A DNA stretch of 64,000 nt from the human T2T-CHM13v2.0 reference genome, Homo sapiens (GCF_009914755.1 NC_060925.1), one strand, 5' to 3'. Shown: positions 24,858 to 40,764, counted from the stretch's first letter. The notes: generated from the letters alone by a model not told the origin. Numbers and translations are program-made.

Positions 24858-26140
24858 ACTAACCAGGCACCTTTGTGCCATGTGTGACATAGGAAGAGTA
24901 ACATAAAATGAAAACACATTCAACAGGTTGAAAAAAATAAGGAAACTTAAAGGGCATCCAAGATTAATTGTTCACTATGTGAGCTGAGTGTAGGCTTGAT
25001 CTTGTGAATATTACCACAAGAAACATTTTGTGGCACTTTACTGTTTGAGTAACGTTGGTGTGAAGCTTAATTGATGCCTTTTGCTTTATGTCCCGCTTAA
25101 GTCTGTGTGAAGGATTTGTGTTTTTCTGCCTTACAAATAGAATTTGATTTATTGGGCAGGAATTCATGGATAGTAATGCTCTCTGCCCCCTTTACTTCAG
25201 AAAACACAGTGACTTTAGTGAATTTGAATAGTGAAACTGCTCTGAAATGCTATGGAAAGCCGACTCCCCAAAGAGTGGTTTCTTCTAGAAGTTTGAATTT
25301 GTAGCTACAGTTTCCAAGAAGAAAAATAGTAGTTGGATAATTTAGTAAAATAATAACATCATTTTCATTTTCTTACCTATTCTTAACTTTGGTTTCCTAA
25401 AGGAAGAAAATGAGCAGGTAGCACATAATCTATTTAAGTAGATTTAAAGAGAGTTTCAAAATAAATCTCCTGGTCTAGCTCTTAGGTGAATAAAATAGAT
25501 TTTGTTTGAGACCTCAAAATATTTTGAGGTTAGCTGGTAATTTTCAATAATTTACAAGCTTCCTTCCAAACTAATCTCATACTTTTGTATGTTTCATCTT
25601 GAAAATATCTTTTGGGAAATACCACTTTAGTGATTATTTAGCATTTAGCAGTTACACATAGGAAAATACACAGTTACATAGAAAAATACACATTTGAAGA
25701 TAGAGGAAACCTTGAATGGAGGGGAAGTGTTGACAAATTTTAATTTTTAAAGGAGAAACTTTTTGACTATCTGGGTTAGAGGAAGATATGTGTACCGCCT
25801 TTAGGGCATTTTGTTATTTCCGCTGAATCATTAGTTATTAGGATAGATAAATTTTTCCAATTAGTTTCAGCAAGCGTTGTTGGAAACACTGTGCAGTCAA
25901 GGATTGTGCAGTGCTGGTTGTGTGACCACACCCTGAGTCAGTGGTGTGGGGAAGTAAAGTGTGAAGAAGCAGTAAGATTGGTTTTTAATTTTGCCCATGT
26001 TTTAAATTTTCCTGGTGTTTTCGGTAGCTGACTATAAAATGATAGAGACATTTGGGACAGGCACTTTAAACTGAACACCCCTTTTGGTTTTACCAAAGGT
26101 CTTCAGTAATTGTTCTTTTCTTTTTCCTCCTGGACTGCAG

Positions 26141-26148
26141 GTTCCTGA
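26141..26148 (+). CDS. FNBP1L: FNBP1L alternative terminal coding segment (G-S-stop)
   Basis: Strong acceptor ttcttttctttttcctcctggactgcag|GTTCCTGA; joining to 24837 gives …KNSK GGT TCC TGA, the canonical KGS end as recalled. Confidence 0.88.
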
Positions 26149-26429
26149 AGAGGGTTTCTGAGGAAATGGGCAAGATGTTGAAGGAGGTTACATGCAGCTG
26201 CTTTTGGGGGAGGGTATTAGAGTTGTCAGGCTCAAAGAGAGTGAGAGAAGCAAGTTGCATGAGTGCATGCAGACATGATTTTTTTTTTACTAACTTCATT
26301 AGCATTTCCATACATTGTTTTTAAAAATCATAATACCAACCCTTAAGTTCCTAGTTCACAGTTATTCCCACAAAAGAAAAAGCCAACAATAGTGTACCAT
26401 TTTTCTATTTATTTTATTGCTGTCTAATC

Positions 26430-26435
26430 AATAAA
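26430..26435 (+). terminator. FNBP1L: Candidate proximal polyadenylation signal AATAAA
   Basis: AATAAA with an upstream U-rich element and TGTA, and downstream tgtgtct. Confidence 0.5.
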
Positions 26436-28364
26436 GAATGCAGAGCTGTCAAAAAATGTGTCTTACATTAGCTGTCCCAACAGGATTGTCTTCCCTCCCA
26501 GCTCTGTTTTAATTGGCTTTTAGACCCACTATCTGTCAGATCCTTGCCATCTGTCAGTGTCTGCCTGCGCCACCTCCGTGCTTGCTTAACATCCTGTTGC
26601 ATGTCTAGCGTGATTGAGCTAGATTTTTCAGGCATGTCTTTAGATTCCCTTGTTCTTGTCAAAGCCTTGTTTTGTTTTACATTTGTAGTGCAAATCACTT
26701 TGTCAAACATCTCCAGCACTAATGTTTCCATCTTAGTATTTGTGCACACTGCTATAACTTCCCCACTGCAAACATTCCAGTTTTGGCATTACGAAGAAGT
26801 AGCTGTGAACCTGAAGTATTTATGATAAGAAAAAGAAAACATCTCTGCTGTAGCCTACAGCCCAGTTGAAAGAACTCTTTGAAACGTGATACATCTTCAG
26901 CACCTCAGTCTGGGAAGAATCTAGTCAGCACTGAAATCCTGGCATAATAAACACAGAAGATATTCACCACCTCAAGACAAAGGACTATTGTCAAAAGTCA
27001 GCTGCTTCCATTCAAATGCTGCCTTAAACTTGAGTGCCTAAATCTGTTGATTGCCAACACTACCACTACAGTATCCCACAAAGGGCTTTATGTGTCAGCT
27101 CAGTGCGACCTGCTTTAACTCTGCAGCACCGCTGCAGCTGCCGATGTAGCCTCGGTAGGTGGCTATTAGAGCTCTACCATATACAGTGGTGCATCTTCAA
27201 ATTTATGCATCAAACTAAAGACATGTCCAAGTCCATTTTAATTTCCTCAGTGGTTTTATGAGAAGTTTTATGGGCCTCCCCCAATTGTCTTTTTATTTTG
27301 GGTTATGACGATCATGTTTGATAATTACAATGATAGTCTCTTTCCACGTGATGCTTTTGTTTGAACCTGATAAAATTTAGTGAAACTTTGTAATGATCTA
27401 TGTGCACTTTTACTTGTAAAATGGAATTTCTGTATGTTTATACTTGTAAATATGATTGTTGTTAGTGCTCCTGTTGCTCATGGTGTCCTGCCTCGCATTT
27501 GTGATTCTGTTAATGACATGTATCTTAACTAATTTCTTAGTGGTGTTGTAATAGGGAGATGGGGCAGGTGGGGGGTTATTTGTACCACTGAATCTTCATT
27601 AATTTGGTTCTTTACTGTTTTGAGGGGAGAAAGAACGTGAAATGGTTTGTGTATTATTGAATTTTAAGCAATATTTTAGAAGCTGTGTGACTGCTTTAAT
27701 AACTTTTTCCCAGTGTTATTTGAATCATACTACCCGTTATACTAAAGCTGAATGACAATTGTGTGAAAGTTACTGCCTTCATAAGATCAAGTCACCACTG
27801 TTACACAGCTGACATATAGTGTATTACCTTTGCAGCTAGTAAACTATAAAGTTTAGATATTGAATCTCGTTACAGGGTTATTTATATAATGTGACATTAT
27901 TCAGTACTGACAGACTACATGAAGTAGTTTTAAAATCTAGTGCTATTTTTATTTTAAAGGTTAGCAATGAGGAGGAAATGTGATCTGGCTGTGTTTGTCT
28001 TCTGTACAAAGCCTGAAGTGCTTATGGTTTTTTGGCTAACAGCCACAGAGGGCAAAGTTTAAGACTTTCTTGTAAGGACTAACTGTTCTTTTCAAGCTAC
28101 TGTTTGTTTTTCTAAAAGCAGGATTTGCTTCCGTAGGAGGCAAGTTCCTTGATGTGGAATAGTGCAACCTGTATATGGGTTATTATAATAGGAAAGACAT
28201 TTGTACTTGCACAGTTTAAATCATTCTTAAATTTTGAACATGTGAATTGTCCCAAAAAATCTTTAATTTTTTGGTAATTTTTACTCTTTTTGTGCACATG
28301 TTGATTTCTTAATGGTAAATCCTTCATTTAAAGATAGTGTTCTCTGTTGAGAATATTTACATGG

Positions 28365-28370
28365 AATAAA
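28365..28370 (+). terminator. FNBP1L: Distal polyadenylation signal AATAAA
   Basis: AATAAA followed about 25 nt later by GT-rich ggtgtttagtgtgtg. Confidence 0.75.
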
Positions 28371-29273
28371 ACAATCTTTTCATGGCCTGTTAAGGTGTTT
28401 AGTGTGTGATCTTTCATTGCTATGTGAATCAGAGATGTGATGATTTTGTTCTTGAATGTGCCAAGTCTCAGATAATACAGAGTAGATGACAAATTCCATA
28501 AGTGGGACAAGTTTTTTTTGTTTTTTGCAAAGCAGTTTTGGAAATTGTATTCTAATTTTGGTTTCTCTAAGCTTTCCTAAAGGAAAAAAAAAGTTTGCTG
28601 TCTCTTTAGAGTGAATTTAAATTGCATGCAATAATTTGGATTTATCTTTCTTCTCCAGTAGCTGTGTTGCATAGACTTTCCTTTTACACCATCTGTCCAC
28701 TGCAACCATACGAACTGTCCCTGTACCTCATAGCCCAATCTAGCCACTACACGCTGGACAGCATTTCCTGTGCTCCGGCTTGATTCCTAATCAGTTACAA
28801 CACCCAAGTCTTCCTGGCATTTCAAAGCATGGAAAGAACATTTGCCATAATTAGTGACACATTATCTGTAACTTCAGGAAGTCTAATTTCAGAAGATTCA
28901 CCTTTTAAAAAATGCAAATGTGAAACTATGACTGCAAACTTTTAGAAACTCAGAAAAGGGAATAAAATTCAGGGTAGATGCTGAACAATGAGAGGTTACG
29001 ATTGTTGAGATGAAAATTTAGGGATCAATGCCAAGTTTGGAAGTAGGAACACACAAAACAATGAAAATAGCAGGAAAATAGTGTCAATTGTTAAAGCTTC
29101 AGATGGACAGAGGTTTGGGGTGGAGAGCTCAAAACAATGAAGAAAGCTTTTATTATCAAAACTAAGATCAGTGAAATCACTTCCTATTTGCGAGGGGAAG
29201 ATAACGTCCTTGATAACAACAAATGAAAAGTCTCTCTAGTCTCATTGAAAAGGGTTTTATTTTGAAGAATGTA

Positions 29274-29478
29274 CAGGTTAAGTATTCCTTATCTGAAATG
29301 CTGGGGACCAGAAATATTTCCGATTTTTTTTTTTTTAGATATTTGCATTACATACTTAACAGTTGAGCATCCTTAATCCCCAAATCCAAAATTCTCCAGT
29401 CAGCATTTCCTTTGAGCATCATGTCATTGCTCAAAAAGTTTCAGATTTTGGAGTTTTGAATTTGGGATACTCAACTTG
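29274..29478. mobile_element. Tigger4a/MER46-like MITE
   Basis: Imperfect TIRs caggttaagtattcc…gggatactcaacttg flanked by TA on both sides. Confidence 0.8.
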
Positions 29479-30859
29479 TATTAGCTTAAGTAAAAAAAAA
29501 AAAAAAAAAAAGCTTAAGAAACAACCTATTTCAATGAGCTTATATACCTAGGATCAATGTATTCCTGAGTATAGTCACTGTCAGGAATTAGGGAAACTAC
29601 AGAAAACATAAGATGCACCAAAAGATTGGGGAATTGGCAAACACACATTTTGAAGAGTAAATTCTGAGAAGTTGGACAACAACCCTTGAAAGTATTAGAT
29701 GATGTTAGCTTTTAGGGGACAGTGTATTGGGCAACTGACTGAGGTTCCTAAGAATAAGCCATGTCAAAATAGCCTCATTTCTTTTGATACAAATGGGGGT
29801 AATTCTAAGACATAATTAGTGTCTTGCTTTCAACACAATTTCAGTTTGACAAGATTTCTCACTTGTTTTCTGTGAGTTGTGACAGCACTATTAGGGATAT
29901 GGGAGCATTTGACGAACTGATTTGGTAAACCCAGAATCTCCATCCTGAGGAGTTTCTTGTGGATAATATGTATATGTATGTTATGAACCATTATAAGATA
30001 AATATATCACCCAGTTTAACAAGTAGAATATTACCAGGTGGGCACAGTGGAAGCACTGTCTTGAGTGTGGAGTGAGACAGACAAACTACAAGCTTCCAAT
30101 TCTGGCAAACCAAGATGAGCAATCCCCAACCATCTTACTCCGTCTTTCTCCCTTTTCTCCATTCTCTTCTATGGCTGAGAGCTCCTGCCACTGGCTCTTG
30201 GCATATAGCCAGCACCCAGATGGTGCTGTGCTGTCTGATGAGGGTAGGAGGTGAGATGGCGATCCATTACCTGTTCCCTCTCTTCAGGTGCCAGGCAGTG
30301 GTTAGTAAACTAATGACAGTGGTCAGTTGAATGGGGGAAGTCACTGGAAGAGTTTGCAGTTCCTTGTGTCAAATCACAGGGGCATCATTTCCCTGGTGAC
30401 AGCCATATCAAGCAAAAGATTATACCAACCCATTTGTTTAAACAAACAACTTGAAAATTATTAGTGATTTATAAATGGTTTGTGCTACTTATATCACTTG
30501 ATAAAGTTTTATGTAGTTTAAATAAAATGAATTATCTTGTTGATTTGTACACTGATTTATATATTTATGAATTTAGTAATATCCCAGTTATCAAATATTT
30601 TAAATATTCCATTGTATCTTGAGACTTTTTCACTCATCATTTTTAAGATTTATCCTTGTTTATGCATAATTTTATTGTGTATAGTATTCCATTATAAAAG
30701 TATACACAAATTATCCATCCTCTTGTCGATGGACATTTGGGCTACTAGTTTTGCTAGTAAAAATATACTGCTTATGTGTATCTATGTACATGTTTACTGA
30801 TTTCAGAGTTTCTCTAAAATTGTACCGAGGAGTAGAATTGCTAGGTTATGGTTATAGTT

Positions 30860-33030
<2,171 letters not shown>

Positions 33031-33363
33031 ATTTTCATTTTTAAAATATAATGCCACATTTTCCTCCCAAAGTTATTGTAATATTTTTACACTCCTACAA
33101 GCATCGTATAAGGGTTATTCATGTTCCATATCCTGGCCAGCACTTAGGATTCAGACTTCAATTTTTGTCAGTTAAAGGATATAAAAGAGCATTTCATTGT
33201 AGGCCTAAATCGTGTTGCCCTGATGATTGGTGTTGTGCATCTTCGTGTTTCTATGTTTCCCCTTCTTGTAAAAACCCTGTTTTATCTTCATCCTTTTTTT
33301 TTTTGGTCAATTGTCTTTTTATATTTATTCATGGAAGCTCTTTGTGTATTAAGGATGCTAATT

Positions 33364-33811
33364 GTGTTAGTTATCTCTTACTGTGTAACATAGCTGGCTG
33401 ATTTTGGCTAAGGGTTTCTCATGAGGTAGCAGTCCAACTGCTGGCTGAGGTTGTAGTCACCTCAAGGCTTTGACTGGGGCTGGAGAGTCCACTTCCAAGA
33501 TTATCCATGTGGTTGCTGGTAAGCCTCTGTTCCTTTCCTTGCTGGCTGTTGGCCAGAGGCTACAGTTCCTTGCTATATGGACCTCTCCATAGGGATACTC
33601 ACAAGGTGGCATCTTGCTTTCCCCAGATTGAGTGATCCAAGACTCAAGACAGAAGCTACAGTCTTCTCATAACCTATCTCAGATGCAACATTTCTGCCCT
33701 GTGTGCTTGGTGGCACAGACAAAGCCTGGTATAATGCAGGAAGGGACAACACAGAGTGTGAGCACCAGGAGGCAGAGAACATTGGGGACCATCTTGGAGG
33801 CTGCCTACCAA
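33364..33811 (-). mobile_element. MaLR LTR (MLT1F-like)
   Basis: tgttagttatctcttactgtgtaaca…ttgactggggctggagagtccacttccaaga…ggggaccatcttggaggctgcctacca. Confidence 0.7.
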
Positions 33812-35479
33812 CCATAGTATTCTGTTGTCCATTTTATGTGTTGTCAATATCTCTGATTTTTCAGGTTCTCTATGATGTCTTTTGAATGGAATTTATTCAT
33901 TTTAATGCAGATTAATCATTATTTTATAATTAATGCTTTTTCTAAGAAATTCTTATTTGATTCAAAGTAAAAGATACTTTCTTCTAAAAGTATTATGATT
34001 TTGCCTTTCACATGTAGGTTCTTAACTCATCCAGATTTTATTTCTGTATATGATAAGAGGTAAGAGGCCATTTTCCCCCTTTCATTTGCTTAACCAATTG
34101 TTCAAGAATTAAAGTCATTATTTCCCCCATTTATCAACAGTTTCACTCTGTCATGTTAAATTTCTGATGAAACCTTAATTACTATAGCTTAATAATAAGC
34201 TTTTATATCTGGTAGACACCACCAACCTGGGACCACTGTAAATCAATTTCTTGGTTTTGGATTTTGTAATTTTTACTCCAGACCTGTATGAGGACAGGTG
34301 TGTGGTTGCCAATCCTCACTGAACACTATAGTCATTATAATTGTTTTCTTCCTGGAGCTGTATGTGAAGACAGTCATGTTTCCTGGCAACCTTCCTTTGC
34401 TGGCAGATGAATGTTTTCTATTCCATTAACAGGGACCCTTTAAGGATTCCTGCTTAATGGAGGCATTTTAAGTTCCCCCAAGACAGACTCTCATTCACTG
34501 AGCTGACGTTACTCTTTGCCTCTAGGTCTGCCCCGGCTCTTAAGTTCTCATGAGGAGTTGATTCAAATGTGCTGTACCTTTTTCAGGTGCGGCGGGGAGA
34601 GAAGTTTGTTCCTTGGGGATTTCTATCAAGGTTGATCATACACTAAAAGGTATGTTTATTAAAATGTATTCAGGATTTAGTTAGTTATGGTGAGAGGGCT
34701 AAGAACATCTGAACCACCATATTGCCAGAAGTAGAAATGTGCTTTGGTTTTTTTCAACAAAAAATAACAACGTGGCACCTTTTAAAAAATGTGGCACATT
34801 TTTAAAAACCATCATAGGGTGATAGTTAAGTTACAGTGTAACTTCTGTAACCAATAAATCATATTTTTTAAAGGCTATTTAACATCATGAAGAAATTTTC
34901 ACAGCCGGTTTAAGATGAATATAAAAGTTGGTATGGTCCTAATATTATTTAAAATAGAAGAAGGAAAAACAGATTATTAAAAGAAGTTTGACAGTTGATG
35001 GCAGAGTAACAGAATACGTTAAAGTCTTATATTCCAAGTTTTGTACAATAGGGAAAGTTGAGAGGGATATTGCTAAACTAGAAAGAAACTAGAAAGTATC
35101 CCCTTTGCAAAATGAGAAACCTAGAAAGCCAACCTAGGAAACTCATTGTTGTACTTATCAGCTAGAGGAAAAGGTAAAACAGTTGATTACTCTGAAATAT
35201 GTGAAGAGATGATGTTATGTTCATCATACTGGGTGTCCATGCTGCACATGGAATTCAATGAGGTAAACTTGGCCTAACTCCAGCTGGTAGCAAGTACCAT
35301 AGCTTGAGTTTGAACCCAGGTCCTCTCGAGCTGTTTCTACCTTGTGTCACTATCAATCACTCTGCCTTTTAATCCAGGAACATTAAATTTTTCATACCAC
35401 TTTCATTCATTTTGGTTTACTATCAGGATACGGTACCTAGGGAAGAGCATGCTTGAGGTAGCTAAGAGGTAGAGTTATT

Positions 35480-35974
35480 GTACCAAGATGAGTTGTTTAA
35501 TATGAAAGAGACTGGATACAACTGTTTCACAAAAAGATGTATTTTCATTCATGAGTATTTACATTTTTCATATTTGTTTAAAGAATATCATATAACTGAT
35601 ACCTTCTGAAATGTTTCATGCTTTTAAACTCTTCTATTTACACTTATCTGACATGGAATTAAAACTAAAATGGTCAAATACCATGATAATAGAAAGCAAC
35701 CAGCCAACATAGCTAGGTCTTCTCTTAAATTTGCTGATCAACATTAGCAGTAGTTACCTTAATAATAAATTATTCATTTTAAAATCAGTAGTAACTTTAG
35801 ACAATTCATAAATAAGTGTGCTCTGTGCAATTTACACGTTTAATATCCTGTGGATACTAAAAGCTTGTATATTGTCAGATTTGCACATTATTACTTTATC
35901 AAAAACAGTAAGCTTTCCCAAAGATGAAGCTGGGGAAACTTGAAAAGATATTCTAAAGGTTCTCTGGAGAGTTA
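35480..35974 (-). other. BCAR3: BCAR3 3'UTR
   Basis: AU-rich region after TGA-TAA; ATTAAA on the - strand at 35496-35501; exact end approximate. Confidence 0.7.
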
Positions 35975-36153
35975 TCAAAGCTCTGCCTGCTTTACAGGAG
36001 GAGGTTCCAATTTACGCGAGAGGGCAGTTAAAATCTGGTTGAATTTCTCATATCTCTCTGTCTGATTGACTTGTGCACCTTTGCTGCCCCATAGCAATCG
36101 CATTTGAAATTCAGTCTTGCAGATTTCATTCATTTCTTCATCTGGTTGAAAAC
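35975..36153 (-). CDS. BCAR3: BCAR3 last coding exon (GFQPDEEMNEICKTEFQMRLLWGSKGAQVNQTERYEKFNQILTALSRKLEPPPVKQAEL*)
   Basis: ttcattag| acceptor, 179 nt; NSP-family RLLWGSKG motif; TGA at 35977-35975. Confidence 0.96.
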
Positions 36154-36222
36154 CTAATGAAACAAAATAAACAAAAAGTTACTTCAGTTCTGCCTAAGAT
36201 GTGTTAAAAATAGACTGAAAGC

Positions 36223-36524
36223 ACCAGGCGCGGTGGCTCACGCCTGTAATCCCAGCACTTTGGGAGGCCGAGGTGGGTGGATCACAAGATCAGGAGATCG
36301 AGACCATCCTGGCTAACACAGTGAAATCCCGTCTCTACTAAAAAAATACAAAAAATTAGCCAGGCGTGGTGGCGAGCGCCTGTAGTCCCAGCTACTCGGG
36401 AGGCTGAGGCAGGAGAATGGCGTGAACCCGGGAGGTGGAGCTTGCAGTGAGCGAGACTGCGCCACTGCACTGCAGCCTGGGTGACAAGCGAGACTCCATC
36501 TCAAAAAAAAAAAAAAAAAAAAAA
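36223..36524 (+). mobile_element. AluY
   Basis: Diagnostic accatcctggctaacac and ggagaatggcgtgaacccggg; TSD aaaaatagactgaaagc. Confidence 0.93.
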
Positions 36525-37210
36525 TAGACTGAAAGCTTGCTTAAAGTAGCATCAAAATGAACATCTTCTCTCTCTCAGAACTTTAAAAAATGTCCCCAAA
36601 GAAAAATATAGGATCTGTTCTATATAAGGGAGAGCAGAGCCCCACCCTGCAGAACCTAAGCACCTTCAGAGAAGAAATAACAGGTAAACTCATTAAAAAA
36701 CAATAGAGTGAAATTGGTTTGTACAAACCACTGTGGGAAGTAGTGCTGTGGGAAGGAGGGTTCATTGTACCTAGGAGTTCGTTACTTGTTTTTACCAACT
36801 TTACTGATGTATAGTTTACATGTCATATGATTCACCTGTTTTTGGCTGTGGAGTTTGATTTATGATGGTAAGTTTGTACATAAACCATCACCACCAGTCT
36901 TAGAACACTTCCATCACCTTAGTACCTCTTTGCAGTCAATTCCTGTTCCTACTGCAGACCTCAGTCAACCACTGATCTGCTTTCTGTTGCTACTGTTTTG
37001 CCTTTTCTAGAAATATGGGATAAATGGAATCATCCACTATGAACTTTTTAATGTGTGACTTCTTTCACTTAGCATGATGTTTTTGAGATTATTCCATATG
37101 TTGCATGCTAATCATTCTTACTGATCAATATTCAGTTTTATGGACATGCCATTGTTTTTGTTTATCCATTCACCAATTGATGACATTTGGATTGCTTCTG
37201 GCTGCTATGA

Positions 37211-37726
<516 letters not shown>

Positions 37727-38011
37727 TATCATTCTTTTTAGTTGTAGCCATTCTAGATAGTGTGGTGGTATCTCATTGTGGTTGGTTTAAATTTACATTT
37801 CCCTAATGATGAATGCTTTGAACATCTTTTCATGTAGTTGTCATTTGTATGCCTTCTCTGATGTAGTGTCTATTCAAATTTTTGTCTATTTAAATTTTAT
37901 CTTCTCACTGAGTTGTAAGAGTTCTTTGTATAGCCTAGATGTAAGTCCTTTATCAGATATATGTGTACTCAATGTTTTCTGCTGTGGTTCATGCTTTTTG
38001 TGTCCTAAGAA

Positions 38012-38307
38012 TTTCTTTCTTTCTTTTTTTTTTTTTTTTTTGAGATGGAGTTTTGCTTTTGTTGCCCAGGCTGAAGTGCAATGGTGCAACCTCTGCCTCC
38101 TGGGTTCAAGCAATTCTCCTGCCTCAGCCTCCCGAGTAGCTGAGATTACAGGCATGCGCCACCACGCCCGGCTAATTTTGTATTTTTAGTAGAGACGGGG
38201 TTTCTCCACGTTGGTCAGGCTGGTCTTGAACTCCCGACCTCAGGTGATCCGCCTGCCTCAGCCTCCCAAAATGCTGGGATTACAGGCGTGAGCCACCGTG
38301 CCTGGCC
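38012..38307 (-). mobile_element. Alu (AluSp-like) with a small internal deletion
   Basis: tttctccacgttggtcaggctgg is Sp-like; caatggtgcaacctc lacks gatctcggctcac. Confidence 0.9.
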
Positions 38308-38831
38308 AAGAAGTCTTTACTTAGCTTAAGGGCACAAAGAATTTCTCCTATGTTTTCTTACAGAAGGTTATACTTTAGCTCTTACATTTTGGGTCTATGA
38401 TCCATTTTGGATTATTGTGTATGGTATGAGGTAAGGATCGAGATTCACTTTTTTGCATATGGATATCCAATAGCAGATACCATTTGCAGGATTATACTTT
38501 ATCCAGTGAATTATTTTGGCACCTTTGTTGAAAATCAACTGTCAGCCATATGTGTGGGCCTATTTCTTAACTCTATTCCATCTAAGAGAGGATGTGGTCT
38601 GCTTAAGGCCAAAGATGTTCAGGCAACTCTTTTAAAGAGAGAGAAGCCTCTAGCCAAAGAGTCATGTGGTTCTCATCCTTTATTATTGCTGGGATAGTTT
38701 GTTCTGTCATTAAATATACCTGCCATCTAGATCACAGGATCTTGGTTGTAGAAAGGACAACAGGAATATTTTCTTCCTGATGATGCCAGAATATCCTTGG
38801 TGGATAACCAACCAAAGGCCAGATGGTGACT

Positions 38832-39096
38832 TTTTTTTTTTTTGAGACCAGGCTGGAGTGCAGTGGCACAATCTCGGCTCACTGAAATTAAGAATCAAGG
38901 AGAATCGCTTGATACTCCTGCCTCAGCCTCTCAAGTATTCCCTCTCAAAATTCCCCGGCTAATTTTTGTATTTTTAACAGAGACGGGGTTTTGCCATGTT
39001 GTCCAGGCTGGCCTCTAAGTCCTGACCTCAGGTGATCTGCCTACCTCAGCCTCCGAAAGTGCTGGGAATACAGGCATGAGCCACTGCGCCCGGCCC
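38832..39096 (-). mobile_element. Rearranged AluS with 13-bp TSD
   Basis: TSD CCAGATGGTGACT at 38819-38831 and 39097-39109; right monomer scrambled. Confidence 0.88.
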
Positions 39097-39659
39097 CCAG
39101 ATGGTGACTCCTATTCATTCAGTTAACATGCTTTGAGCCCCTTCCCATTCACGTGGTCTGGTCTATGCTGGTGAGCAGATCTCTGCCTTTCCTGGGTTCA
39201 CTGTCACTTACAGCAATGGGTACTTGCTGTGAAATCTATATTAGGATCGACTGAAAAATTCCATCAGTGACCTTTAAAGTGATTTAAAGCTGTAGAGCAG
39301 CTTATGGCACACTTTTCTCAAAACCCACCCTGATGTATTGGCTTATGCAACATCCATGGTAATGTATTCATTGGCTTTGTCTAAGTAGGCACTCTGATAC
39401 TTGTTGACTTGTGTGCTTTTATTGTTTGAGTAACATACAGCCAATCCTGGAGAACTTTTTGAGGAAGAAAATGAAACAGGTATGCGGTGCTTATACCCAC
39501 AGCAGATGGTGCAAACGACTAAGTCCCACATCTGGTTCTGAGGCAGCTCCCTTTTAGAATTAAATAAATGGAGTCTCCTGCCCCCACATAGTTCTTAACT
39601 TTGTGAATCAAACTGTGAGCCCTTGAAGAATTTAAAAAATTATATAGTAATGGAAAATA

Positions 39660-40235
39660 GTCATCCTTGATGACTGCCTTGGCAAAGCCCTCCTTCCTGA
39701 ATGGTCTTTCTGCCAGCAAACCTTCAGCCTTCCAGCCTTCCTCCACACAGACACCAGAGTAATTTACTTTAAAACAGAAATCTGACCATGTGACACCCTC
39801 CCATGATTAAACCCTTCACTGGCTCTTCTTCAGCCACGGTCTTATGTGGAAGGGCTTCCCAGCTGCACCTCCCTCTGTAGCCTAGTTGGCCATTCCTTAG
39901 GTCATACTTTGCACAAATCTAAACCCAAGTACTTGTGGATCCCAGTTTTCCCCAAGGTCTCTCAGCGCCTTTGCTTGGGTTGTGCCATCTGAGTGGAATT
40001 CCCAGCCCTGCTTGCTGGTAACTGCTTTTGTCCTTTAACAATCAATGCAGTGTTTTCTGGGAAGCTGTCACCAGGTGCTTCCTCTTTCCTAACATCTCTG
40101 ACCAAATCAGTCCCTTCCCCTAAGTGCTCCCACAGTATACACTGCATTTATCGTACCTGCTTAAATTGCTCAGGACATCCAGTTAGCACGGTGCCGCGCG
40201 CATGCCACATGTGTGATAAATGCCGGCCGTGCTGA
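39660..40235 (+). mobile_element. L2 3' relic
   Basis: ctccacacagacaccagagtaatttactttaaaacagaaatctgaccatgtgacaccctc is a typical L2 motif. Confidence 0.6.
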
Positions 40236-40435
40236 CTGAGGAGGCTGCTTTCTGTCACCATAGCACTTGTAAGAAAGATCCGTTTACGCAACACTGCCCC
40301 ACACTTTCCAGGATGTGTCTGATGCTAAGAGCAGGGGAGCTCACTTCCCAGTGTGACTGGGAAGGAACAGGAATGCAGATAAATGAGGTCTGGATAAAAC
40401 TCCACCTCCTCATCTTGGCACATCACCTTTTCTAA

Positions 40436-40764
<329 letters not shown>

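Larger units (their letters stand above)
24858..28390 (+). other. FNBP1L: FNBP1L 3'UTR (24838-26140 is an alternatively retained intron)
   Basis: No recognised interspersed repeats; AU-rich region after the stop, ending near AATAAA 28365-28370 with GU-rich downstream sequence. Confidence 0.8.
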
